Origin: Solirubrobacteraceae bacterium
GTDB lineage: Bacteria; Actinomycetota; Thermoleophilia; Solirubrobacterales; Solirubrobacteraceae
Reading direction: 5' to 3'
DNA: 37,801 nt
Assembly: GCA_035551395.1 (NCBI GenBank)
Contig: DASZNB010000139.1
Location: 1 to 37,801 of the forward strand
Position numbers and translations under genes: made by a program. Numbering within the stretch: the first letter of the stretch is position 1; each line of letters begins with the position of its first letter. The notes below the pieces were generated by a model. The model was not told where the DNA came from. It made no database searches and worked only from the letters and a program-made list of their open reading frames with translations. Below are positions 29,037-37,104 of this stretch, in pieces.

Positions 29037-29726
29037 ATGGAGGCCTCCTTCGCAGCGCCGGCCAGCGCGCCGTCAGAGCATGGCGCCGGCTCCCCGCGCC
29101 GCGCGCCCGACCCGCCGCGCGGCGGCCCGCTCGCGCTCGCACGGTTCCTGCGGGCAAACCGCATGCTCAGCCGCAGCTACGTCCGCCTGCTCGCCCGCTT
29201 CGCGTGGCTGAAGCTCCGCCACGGCAGACGCCTTCAGACGGAAGGGATCTGCTTCATCTGCCCGCGCGTGAAGCTCGAGATCGGCCGCCACGCAACGCTG
29301 CGCATCGGGCGCTGGGCATGGATCGGACACGCCAGCAAGATCCGCGTGCACGAGGGCGAAGTCAGCATCGGCGCGAAGACCGTGATCGGACAGGAGGCGA
29401 CGATCTCGGCCTTCCAACACGTCTCGATCGGGCGCGAGTGCATCATCGCGGACCGCGTCATGCTGATCGACTTCGACCACGGCGTCACCGAGGTCGAGCG
29501 CCCGATCCGCCTTCAGGGGATCTACAAGCGCGACGTGCACGTGGGACACAACGTGTGGATGGGCTATGGAGCCTGCGTGCTGCGCGGCGTCAACATCGGC
29601 GACAACGCGATCGTCGGGACCAGCGCCGTCGTCACGACGGCGGTCCCGGCCAACGCTGTCGTGGCAGGGGCACCGGCACGAATCATCCGCATGCGCGAGA
29701 CGCCGCGCACACTGCGCTGGGAGTAG
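29037..29726 (+). CDS. Hexapeptide-repeat acyltransferase (Rv3034c-like)
   Basis: Left-handed beta-helix repeats, with W.HIG-like WAWIG, IRVHEG, DFDH, PIRLQGI.K..V.VG and AGAPAR. Confidence 0.85.
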   Translation: MEASFAAPASAPSEHGAGSPRRAPDPPRGGPLALARFLRANRMLSRSYVRLLARFAWLKLRHGRRLQTEGICFICPRVKLEIGRHATLRIGRWAWIGHASKIRVHEGEVSIGAKTVIGQEATISAFQHVSIGRECIIADRVMLIDFDHGVTEVERPIRLQGIYKRDVHVGHNVWMGYGACVLRGVNIGDNAIVGTSAVVTTAVPANAVVAGAPARIIRMRETPRTLRWE

Positions 29727-29729
29727 CGG

Positions 29730-31190
29730 CTAGGGCGCCAGCAGCCAGGCCCGCTCGGCGTCGACGGCGAGATTGCGCAGCGCGCCGTCCTCCCCATCCT
29801 CGTCCGTCTCGAGGGCGCGCGCGAGCGCGCGACGGTGTCCTGCAAAGCGCTCACTCGCATACGGCACGGCGATCCGCCGCGAGATCATAAAGGCCCAGTC
29901 GCTTGCCTGCATCGCGAGCAGCTCGCGGATCGCGCCACGGCCTGCGCGCTCGCCGGCGCGCAGGAGCGCGAGCTCGGCGGCGCGGGTCGCGAAGGCGATC
30001 TCGGCGACGGCCGGTGCGGACCAGGTGGAGAGGTCGCCGTGCAGGCCCCAGCTGCTCGGCGGCGCCGCCCCGCCTCGATCCGCGCGAGGGTCGGTTTCGA
30101 GGACGTCGGCGAGCGCCACCGGCGCGAGGCGCTCGAGCCCGTCGTCGAGGCGGACGAGCTCGAGCTGCTGGCGCGCGCACTCCTCGACGACCGCCTCCAG
30201 CCAGGCGATCCCCTCGTACCACCAGTGCCCGAGCAACTCGGTGTCCAGAGCGCACACCACGAGCCGATCAGTCCCGCCGGCCTCGCGCAGGCGGCCACGC
30301 GTGCGGGCGACGAAGTCGGCGGCGTGCTCGCGCGCGAGTGCCAGTGCGCGCGCATGGTCATAGGGCGCGCCGGCGTTGTTCCAGGGGTTGTGGTGATGGA
30401 TCGTGTGGTGGTGATAGTCGCGGTAGGCCCCGGCGGCCGGGTAGCCGCGCTCGCTCCACACCAGCGACATCGTCGCGCGGTCGATCGGCACGAGCACCAC
30501 GCCGGCCTCGCTCACCAGCGGCCGCAGGTGTGCAGCCGAGCCGAGCCCCAGCCGGTTCGTCAGCTCGACACACACGGCGCCGACGTCGGCGTCCTCGAGC
30601 GCTCGCTCGAGCCAGGGCGCGTAGGCGCACTCGGGCAGCCAGAAGCCGCCCCGCCAGCGCCCCTCGAAGCGGCGGCGGAAGGCCGCGACGCCGCTGCGGA
30701 GCTGCATGCGCACGCCGGCGTCGCTCGCCAGCAGTGGCAGGATCGCGTGCGTAGCGGAGGACGTCCATTGCGCGTGCGGCGCGAGCGCAGCGAGCATGTC
30801 GCCGTCGCGGCGTCGCAGTCCCTCCAGCGCGCTCGAGTAATCGCTCCACGCCCGCTCGAGCTCGCGCGCGAGCGCCTCCTCACCGCCGGCGCGCAGGCCG
30901 GCGGCATCGCGCTCGTGTGTCCCGTGGCGCACATCGGTGACGAACGCCTCGAAGCGCTCGGCGACGCCGGGAGCCTCGAGCTGGTCGCACAGCACAGGCG
31001 TGAGCGAGAGGGTCAGCGGCGCGCCGGCATCGAGCACCTCGAGCAGCGGCAGGTAGGAGCTGGCGATCGCCTCCCACAGCCACTCCTCGCCGAACGGCCA
31101 CGTGCCGAACCCCTCGACGTAGGGCATGTGGGTGTGCAGCACGATCGCAAGCGCACCGCGATCCTCCGACCGCCGTTCCCCGGCGCTCAC
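29730..31190 (-). CDS. GH57 1,4-alpha-glucan branching enzyme (Rv3031-like)
   Basis: Motifs HTHMPYV, GEEWL, WLPECAY (nucleophile), DTELLGHWWYEG (acid/base) and ASDWAF. GTG 31190 overlaps the upstream stop. Confidence 0.92.
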   Translation of the reverse strand: MSAGERRSEDRGALAIVLHTHMPYVEGFGTWPFGEEWLWEAIASSYLPLLEVLDAGAPLTLSLTPVLCDQLEAPGVAERFEAFVTDVRHGTHERDAAGLRAGGEEALARELERAWSDYSSALEGLRRRDGDMLAALAPHAQWTSSATHAILPLLASDAGVRMQLRSGVAAFRRRFEGRWRGGFWLPECAYAPWLERALEDADVGAVCVELTNRLGLGSAAHLRPLVSEAGVVLVPIDRATMSLVWSERGYPAAGAYRDYHHHTIHHHNPWNNAGAPYDHARALALAREHAADFVARTRGRLREAGGTDRLVVCALDTELLGHWWYEGIAWLEAVVEECARQQLELVRLDDGLERLAPVALADVLETDPRADRGGAAPPSSWGLHGDLSTWSAPAVAEIAFATRAAELALLRAGERAGRGAIRELLAMQASDWAFMISRRIAVPYASERFAGHRRALARALETDEDGEDGALRNLAVDAERAWLLAP

Positions 31191-31960
31191 GGTCGGCAAA
31201 CGGCGAGGAAGTCGAGCGCGCGCTCCAGATCGGCTTCGCCGGCCGCCCGCAGGCGGAAGTCCGTCGCGGCGATCGCCGGTGTGAACCAGTCGTAGAAGCG
31301 CGCCGTGAGGCCAAGCCGTTGGTGGACCCGGTCCCAACCGAGCCGCAATGCGAGCTCGTGCGCGCGCAGCTTGCGCGCGTGGAACAGCCCGTACAGCTCG
31401 ACCGAGGAGAAGTGCGCACGACAGAGCTGCTCGAACTCGCCGCGCCGGTACTCGTGGACATGCCAGGGATTGCCCGAGCGTGCCTCGCCGGGGGGCGCGA
31501 GCGTCAGCACGTTCGGAGTGGAGAGATAGACGGATCCGTCCCGGCCGACGATCGAGCTGAAGTGCTCCAGCACGGCGCCGGGCTCCTGCAGGTGCTCGAT
31601 CGTCTGCAGAAAGACGACGGCGTCGGCGGGCTCGGCGAAGCCGTCGACGAGGCCGCGCACGAAGCGCAGGCCGGGCCGCGCGTAGCGCAGGCGAGCGTGC
31701 TCATACGCCTCCGGGTTTGCGTCGACGCCCACCGTGTCTGCCCCCGCGCGTGCGAGAACCGCGGTGCCGTAGCCCTCACCGCACGCCATGTCGATCACAC
31801 GCAGGCCGCCGACGCGCTCGGCGATCCACTGATAGACGACGAGATGGCGCCGGTACCAGTAGTTCTCCGCGGGCACGTCTGGCAGTGTGCGCTCGCCCGT
31901 CAGCGCGAGCGGAGGGACGCCCTCGGGCTGGTCGCGCTGCACGAAGTTGGTCGAGGTCAA
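31187..31960 (-). CDS. Class I SAM methyltransferase (Rv3030-like)
   Basis: Motifs LTGERTLP...ENYWYRRHLVVY, CGEGYG, QTIEHL and STPN...NPWHVHE. The start may instead be GTG 31942. Confidence 0.9.
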   Translation of the reverse strand: MTSTNFVQRDQPEGVPPLALTGERTLPDVPAENYWYRRHLVVYQWIAERVGGLRVIDMACGEGYGTAVLARAGADTVGVDANPEAYEHARLRYARPGLRFVRGLVDGFAEPADAVVFLQTIEHLQEPGAVLEHFSSIVGRDGSVYLSTPNVLTLAPPGEARSGNPWHVHEYRRGEFEQLCRAHFSSVELYGLFHARKLRAHELALRLGWDRVHQRLGLTARFYDWFTPAIAATDFRLRAAGEADLERALDFLAVCRP

Positions 31961-32046
31961 GAGATCAGCCGTCTCGCATCGTCAGACGGTCGCAGCGAGT
32001 GCGCTGGAGGACGCGAGCACGGCGCGCGAGTATATGGTGCCGCCCC

Positions 32047-32961
32047 GTGCCGCCCGCCTTCAGCGCCGAGCAGATCCGTGACGCCAACGAGCGCTACCAC
32101 GACGTCGCGGCCGACCACTACGACTCCAAGTGGGGCATCGACTTCGGCGAGCTCGGCCTCAGCCAGGTGACGGCCAAGCTGGGCAAGGCACTCGGCGGCG
32201 AGCCCGGCCACTACGCGCGCTCGCTCGAGATCGGCGCGGGCACCGGCTACTTCAGCCTCAACCTGCTGCGCGCCGGCCTGATCGGCGAAGCGACCTGCAC
32301 CGATATCTCCCCGGGCATGCTGGAGACGCTGGCAGCGAACGCGCGCGCCCTCGATCTGCGCGTGCGCACCGAGCCCGCCGACGCCGAGCGCCTGCCGTTC
32401 GCCGACGAGAGCTTCGACCTCGTGCTCGGCCACGCCGTGCTGCATCACATCCCCGACCTGCCGCGCGCCTTCGCGGAGTTCCAGCGCGTCCTTGCGCCCG
32501 GCGGGACGCTTGCCTTCGCGGGCGAGCCCTCACGCTACGGCGACCGCCTGGCCGCCGTCCCCAAGCGTCTCGCCACCGCCGCCGCTCCGCTTTGGCGCCG
32601 AGCGATCGGGGCGGCGCGCGCCCCGCTGGGCGGCGCCTGCCGCCAGGCCGAGGGAGCACTCGAAGGCGTCGTGGACGTGCACGCCTTCGCACCCACGGAG
32701 CTCGTCCGCATCGCCCGCGGGGCGGGCTTCGAGGAGGTGCGTGTGAGCGGCGAGGAGCTGCTCGCCAACTGGTTCGGCTGGACCAATCGGACGCTCGAGT
32801 CCACCGCCGTTCCCGAGCAGGTGCCGTGGGCATGGCGGGTCTATGCCTACCGCGGCTATCTGATGCTGCAGGAGCTCGATCGCAGGCTGCTCGAGTCGCG
32901 CCTGCCGCCGGCGATCTTCTACAACCTGATGCTCGCCGCGCGCAAGCCAGCCGCGGCTTGA
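32047..32961 (+). CDS. Class I SAM methyltransferase (Rv3038c-like)
   Basis: Motifs YHD..A..YDSKWGI, LEIGAGTGYFSLNL, GHAVLHHIPD, FAGEP and VDVHAF.P. GTG 32047 lies 8 nt after TATGGT. Confidence 0.88.
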   Translation: MPPAFSAEQIRDANERYHDVAADHYDSKWGIDFGELGLSQVTAKLGKALGGEPGHYARSLEIGAGTGYFSLNLLRAGLIGEATCTDISPGMLETLAANARALDLRVRTEPADAERLPFADESFDLVLGHAVLHHIPDLPRAFAEFQRVLAPGGTLAFAGEPSRYGDRLAAVPKRLATAAAPLWRRAIGAARAPLGGACRQAEGALEGVVDVHAFAPTELVRIARGAGFEEVRVSGEELLANWFGWTNRTLESTAVPEQVPWAWRVYAYRGYLMLQELDRRLLESRLPPAIFYNLMLAARKPAAA

Positions 32962-32994
32962 GCCGCCTCGCGGGAGCGTCCTAGACTCACGGCG

Positions 32995-33636
32995 ATGAGC
33001 CAGCCGCCGCTCCGCAGCTTCCCGCTGTTCCCCCTCGACATCGTCGCGGTCCCGAGCGAGAGCGTGCCGCTGCACATCTTCGAGGAGCGCTACAAGCGCA
33101 TGATCGAGCGCTGCCTAGCGGCCGCGGAGGGCTCGCTCGAGCGTGAGTTCGGGATCGTCTGGCTGGCCGAGGATGAACTCAAGCCGGTCGGCTGCGCGTG
33201 TGCGATCGAGCAGCTCCTCGAGCGCCTCGACGACGGCCGGCTGAACGTCGTGGTGCAAGGCACGCGACCGTTCCGCCTGCTCGAGCGCCAGGACGATCTG
33301 CCTTACCCAGCCGGCGTCATCGAGTTCCTCGACGACGAGCCGGAGGACCCCGACGGCGAAGCGGCCGCCGCAGCGCGTTCGCTGTACCGCGAGCTCGTCC
33401 TGCAGGCCACCGATCGCGAGCTCGGGGACGACGAGCTCGCGCGCCTGGGCTCCTACGCGATGGCCGGCACGGTCGAGTTCGACGTCGCCGACAAGCAGCA
33501 GCTGCTCGAGCTTCGCGTCGAGAACGCCCGCATGCGGCTGCTGGCGCGTCTCTTGAAGGCGGCTCTCGAGCGCCTGGAGCTGCTCGAGCGCGCCCAGGTG
33601 CGAGCGCTCTCCAACGGCAAGGTCCGCCTGGCCTGA
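32995..33636 (+). CDS. Stand-alone Lon peptidase N-terminal (substrate-binding) domain protein
   Basis: Motifs PLFPL, PLHIFEERY..M, FGIV, DGR.N and KQQLLE....R. ATG lies 7 nt after TAGACT. Confidence 0.9.
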   Translation: MSQPPLRSFPLFPLDIVAVPSESVPLHIFEERYKRMIERCLAAAEGSLEREFGIVWLAEDELKPVGCACAIEQLLERLDDGRLNVVVQGTRPFRLLERQDDLPYPAGVIEFLDDEPEDPDGEAAAAARSLYRELVLQATDRELGDDELARLGSYAMAGTVEFDVADKQQLLELRVENARMRLLARLLKAALERLELLERAQVRALSNGKVRLA

Positions 33637-33704
33637 GTGAGCCTCGCCCCGCACGACGCCGCCCGAGCCCGACTCGCTCGTGCCCGTCTCCCCGCCGCCC
33701 TTGC

Positions 33705-34142
33705 CTAGGACGCCGGCAGGTGACAGACCTCCTGTGCGACCTGCAGCACGAACAGCTGCAGGTGACGCAGCACGGCCGGCTGGGCGGCCGAGTTGTCGCT
33801 GAAGCGGACACTGCCGCTTTCGTCGCGCAGGGTGTAGGTGAAAATCGAGCCGGCCTTTGCCGGCAGCGAGAGCCGCTGGTCGGCGGCGTCGTGGATTTCT
33901 TCCTGGATCGCGCGCGCCTGCACGAGCTGTGGGTCGCTCAGCTTCAGAGTCGGGCCGCCGTTGCAGCGAACTGCGCCTTCTTCGTTGACGAGCAGCGTGA
34001 GCTGGGCGTGCGGCGTCGAGCCCGAGCGGCTCACCACGAACAGGTCGGCCGCGCGCACGCCCCCACATCCGGCGAGCGCAGCCAGTGCGAGGCCGGCCAC
34101 GGCAAGCGCCCTCGGGACAAGGCCCCCGTGGTCGGTGCTCAC
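33705..34142 (-). CDS. Hypothetical lipoprotein
   Basis: Signal peptide with lipobox LAGC. GTG start overlaps the ggt stop. Confidence 0.7.
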   Translation of the reverse strand: MSTDHGGLVPRALAVAGLALAALAGCGGVRAADLFVVSRSGSTPHAQLTLLVNEEGAVRCNGGPTLKLSDPQLVQARAIQEEIHDAADQRLSLPAKAGSIFTYTLRDESGSVRFSDNSAAQPAVLRHLQLFVLQVAQEVCHLPAS

Positions 34143-35611
34143 GTGCTCACCGCCACGCCGCCGCGGCGTGGATCGCCGGCCCCGCTGAGCTTGCCGTCGC
34201 GTCTCAGCGCAGCCTGGACGCCGCCGAAGAACAGGTTGCGCGCAGCGAACGCCACGACGCGCTCGGCGCCGCCGAGCTCGCCCAGCTCGATGCCGGGCTC
34301 AGCGAAGACGACGCCATCCTCGTAGTGGATCCGCGCCGCGTCGACGGCGGCCTGGGCCTCCATGCCGTGATCGACCGCTGCGACGATCGTCTGCAGCAGA
34401 GCCGAGCGAATGCGGTTCGAGCCGGCGCTGCCCAGGACCAGCTCGACCTCGCCGTCACGCAAGACGATCGAGGGAGCCATCATGCTCGGCATCCTGCGCC
34501 CCGCAGGATGCCGATGAAAGCCAAGCGGGTTGAGGTCCTCCTCCCCCATCACGTTGTTGAGGTGAATCCCCGTCCCCGGCACGACCACGCCCGAGCCCTC
34601 GCCGTTGGTACACGTGGTGCTGCAGGCGCGCCCCTCGCCGTCGATCACCGAGATGTGCGTCGTCGAGCCCAGGCGACTGGCGAGGAAGCGCTCGAGGAAG
34701 CGCTCCTCCTCGAGGCCTTCGACGAACTCCGGCGTGCGCTCGGACTGCGCCGCGGCCATCGCCGCCAGGATGCCCCGCAGGCTCGGCGGCGCGGGTTCGC
34801 GATTCAGCAGCGCGAGCGCGTACGCGAGCAGCGTTCCCCCGGCCGACGGCGGCGGGTTGGTGAGGATCTCGCGGTCGCGGTAGACGACGAGGACGGGCTC
34901 GCGTTCCACCGCGCGGTAGCCGGCGAGGTCCGCCGGCGTGAGCGATCCCCCGCGCTCGCCCAGCCATTCACACACCGCCGCCGCAACGTCGCCCCAGTAG
35001 AACGGCTCGGGGCCCTCGCGGGCAAGTCGCATCAGCGCATCGCCGAGCTCGGGGTTCACGAGCATCTCACCCTCGCGCAGGATCCGTCCCCGCGGCGCCC
35101 ACAGGGCGGCACACTCCGCCGTCGAGGTCAAGAGCGTCGCGAGGATCTCCGCCACATATGCCTGGCCGGCGTTGAGCACGACCCCGTCGCGGGCGAGCCC
35201 TGCGGCCGGCTCGGCGAGCTCCTCGAGAGACATGGTGCCCCAGCGGCGCGCGGCCTCGCACACGCCGGCGGGGGCGCCGTAGACGCCGCAGGACGCGGGA
35301 CCGATGTGGAAGCGCTGGGCGGCGTCCCCGAATGAGACATCGACGCCGAGCAGCTCCGCCTCCGAGCCGTCGCCCACACGCGTGGGCGCCTGCACGAAGA
35401 AGTCGAGCAGCGCGGGCGACACCCCGCCTCCCGCCACGAGCATGTGGCCGCCCGCGCCGAGCCCGGTCAGCAGCGGCTCGGCGACGAACGACGTGAGCAT
35501 CGCCGCGACGGCCGCGTCCACCGCATTGCCGCCTTCGCGCAGAACCCGCGCCCCCGCCTGCGCGGTCAGCGGATGGCCCGCTGCGACCACGCCCTTGCCT
35601 TCACCCATCAC
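34139..35611 (-). CDS. ggt: Gamma-glutamyltransferase family protein
   Basis: Motifs GGNAVDAAVA, GLGAGG, STTHISVID (Thr nucleophile), SMMAP, GSAGS and DPRRGG. Confidence 0.92.
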   Translation of the reverse strand: MMGEGKGVVAAGHPLTAQAGARVLREGGNAVDAAVAAMLTSFVAEPLLTGLGAGGHMLVAGGGVSPALLDFFVQAPTRVGDGSEAELLGVDVSFGDAAQRFHIGPASCGVYGAPAGVCEAARRWGTMSLEELAEPAAGLARDGVVLNAGQAYVAEILATLLTSTAECAALWAPRGRILREGEMLVNPELGDALMRLAREGPEPFYWGDVAAAVCEWLGERGGSLTPADLAGYRAVEREPVLVVYRDREILTNPPPSAGGTLLAYALALLNREPAPPSLRGILAAMAAAQSERTPEFVEGLEEERFLERFLASRLGSTTHISVIDGEGRACSTTCTNGEGSGVVVPGTGIHLNNVMGEEDLNPLGFHRHPAGRRMPSMMAPSIVLRDGEVELVLGSAGSNRIRSALLQTIVAAVDHGMEAQAAVDAARIHYEDGVVFAEPGIELGELGGAERVVAFAARNLFFGGVQAALRRDGKLSGAGDPRRGGVAVST

Positions 35612-35661
35612 AGAGCGATACCACAGGAGCGCCGCTGAGCGGCGTGCCGGCGCGCGTCAGT

Positions 35662-37104
35662 TCAGAAATTAGGCAAAAACTCGGGCACGTCTAGTTCGTC
35701 GACGGCCAGCCCGCCACGACGAGGCTCGCGGCTCGGCCGCGACGGCGTGGCGCGCTGGACGCGGACCTCGCCGGTCGTGGCTGGCTCTTTCAGGCGGCCG
35801 AGGCTCTTGCGCCTGCCCTCGTCGCCATAGCCGGTCGCGACGACCGTCACCCACACCTGGTCGTCGAGCTTGTCGTCGACCATCGCGCCGAAGATGATGT
35901 TCGCGTCCGGGTGCGCGGCCTCCGAGACGGACTTCGCGGCCTCGTTGACCTCCCACAGCGAGAGGTTGGGGCCGCCCGTGATCGACAGCAGGATCGAGCG
36001 TGCGCCGTCCATCGAGGTTTCCAACAGCGGCGAGGAGACGGCCTGGATGGCCGCCTCGGTGGCCCGGTTCTCGCCGATGCCCATGCCGATCCCGAGCAGG
36101 GCGTTGCCGGCATCGCTCATGATCGTGCGCACGTCGGCGAAGTCGAGGTTGATGAGACCGGGCAGGGTCACGAGATCGGAGATGCCCTGCACGCCCTGGC
36201 GCAGCACGTCGTCGGCGACACGAAAGGCCTCCACCATCGCGGTCTGCTTGTCGAGCACGCCGAGCAGCCTGTCGTTCGGCACGACAATTAGGGTGTCGAC
36301 CTCCTCTGCCAGCGCGCCGACGCCGTGGTCGGCCTGCTCGCCACGGCGAGACCCCTCGAAGCCGAACGGCTTCGTCACGATCGCGACCGTCAGAGCGCCG
36401 ACTTCGCGGGCGATCCGAGCGACCACCGGGGCAGCGCCGGTGCCGGTGCCGCCGCCGGCGCCGGCCGCGATGAAGATCATGTCCGAGCCCTTCAGCAGCG
36501 CCTTCATGCGGTCGTAGTCCTCCATCGCCGCCTGGCGGCCGATATTGGCGTCCGAGCCCGAGCCGAGACCGCGGGTGAGCTCGGCGCCGATGTGCAGCGT
36601 GAGGTCGGCGGTCGACTGCTGGAGCGATTGCAGGTCCGTGTTGACGGCGAGGAACTCGATCCCCTCGACCTCAGCCTCGACCATGCGGTTGACCGCGTTG
36701 ACGCCCGCGCCGCCGACGCCGACGACGCGAATGATCGGCCGGCCGACGGTCCCCGGCGCGGAGGCGGCGTGATCGCGCGGGTAGTCCGCGAGCGCCGAAT
36801 GCCGGACGGGGCGCTCGAGCACGTCCTCGGGGATCTCCGAGGAGAAGGCGTGGCGCAGACGCTCCTGCGGCGAGGGCACGCGGACCTCCTGCTCCGGCGT
36901 GCGCTGGGAGGCGGCGAGCGCCGGGTGCGGCAGCCCGCTCTCGCGCGGGTGGGTCGGCGGTGGCGCGGACGGCTCGACCGGCTGGGTCGCCGCGGCCTCG
37001 GCCTCGGCGGGCTCCTGTGTGGGCTCGCCCTCGCCACCTTCGGTCTTGCGGAAGAGTGCCGCCAGGGGTCCTTCGCGCATGCTCGCGCGCTTAGCGTTTG
37101 CCAT
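35662..37104 (-). CDS. ftsZ: Cell division protein FtsZ with an N-terminal extension of about 120 aa
   Basis: Motifs VVGVGGAGVNAVNRM, NTD.Q.L, GGGTGTG, PF.FEG, GLINLDFAD and C-terminal peptide LDVPEFL. ATG 37104 follows SD AGGAGG, which lies inside parA. Confidence 0.96.
   Translation of the reverse strand: MANAKRASMREGPLAALFRKTEGGEGEPTQEPAEAEAAATQPVEPSAPPPTHPRESGLPHPALAASQRTPEQEVRVPSPQERLRHAFSSEIPEDVLERPVRHSALADYPRDHAASAPGTVGRPIIRVVGVGGAGVNAVNRMVEAEVEGIEFLAVNTDLQSLQQSTADLTLHIGAELTRGLGSGSDANIGRQAAMEDYDRMKALLKGSDMIFIAAGAGGGTGTGAAPVVARIAREVGALTVAIVTKPFGFEGSRRGEQADHGVGALAEEVDTLIVVPNDRLLGVLDKQTAMVEAFRVADDVLRQGVQGISDLVTLPGLINLDFADVRTIMSDAGNALLGIGMGIGENRATEAAIQAVSSPLLETSMDGARSILLSITGGPNLSLWEVNEAAKSVSEAAHPDANIIFGAMVDDKLDDQVWVTVVATGYGDEGRRKSLGRLKEPATTGEVRVQRATPSRPSREPRRGGLAVDELDVPEFLPNF

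Noticed and set aside
34135-34150. GTGCTCAC-GTGCTCAC 8-bp tandem repeat at the ggt/lipoprotein junction
   Set aside because: It is too short, and it is explained by the overlapping stop/start region encoding VST twice.
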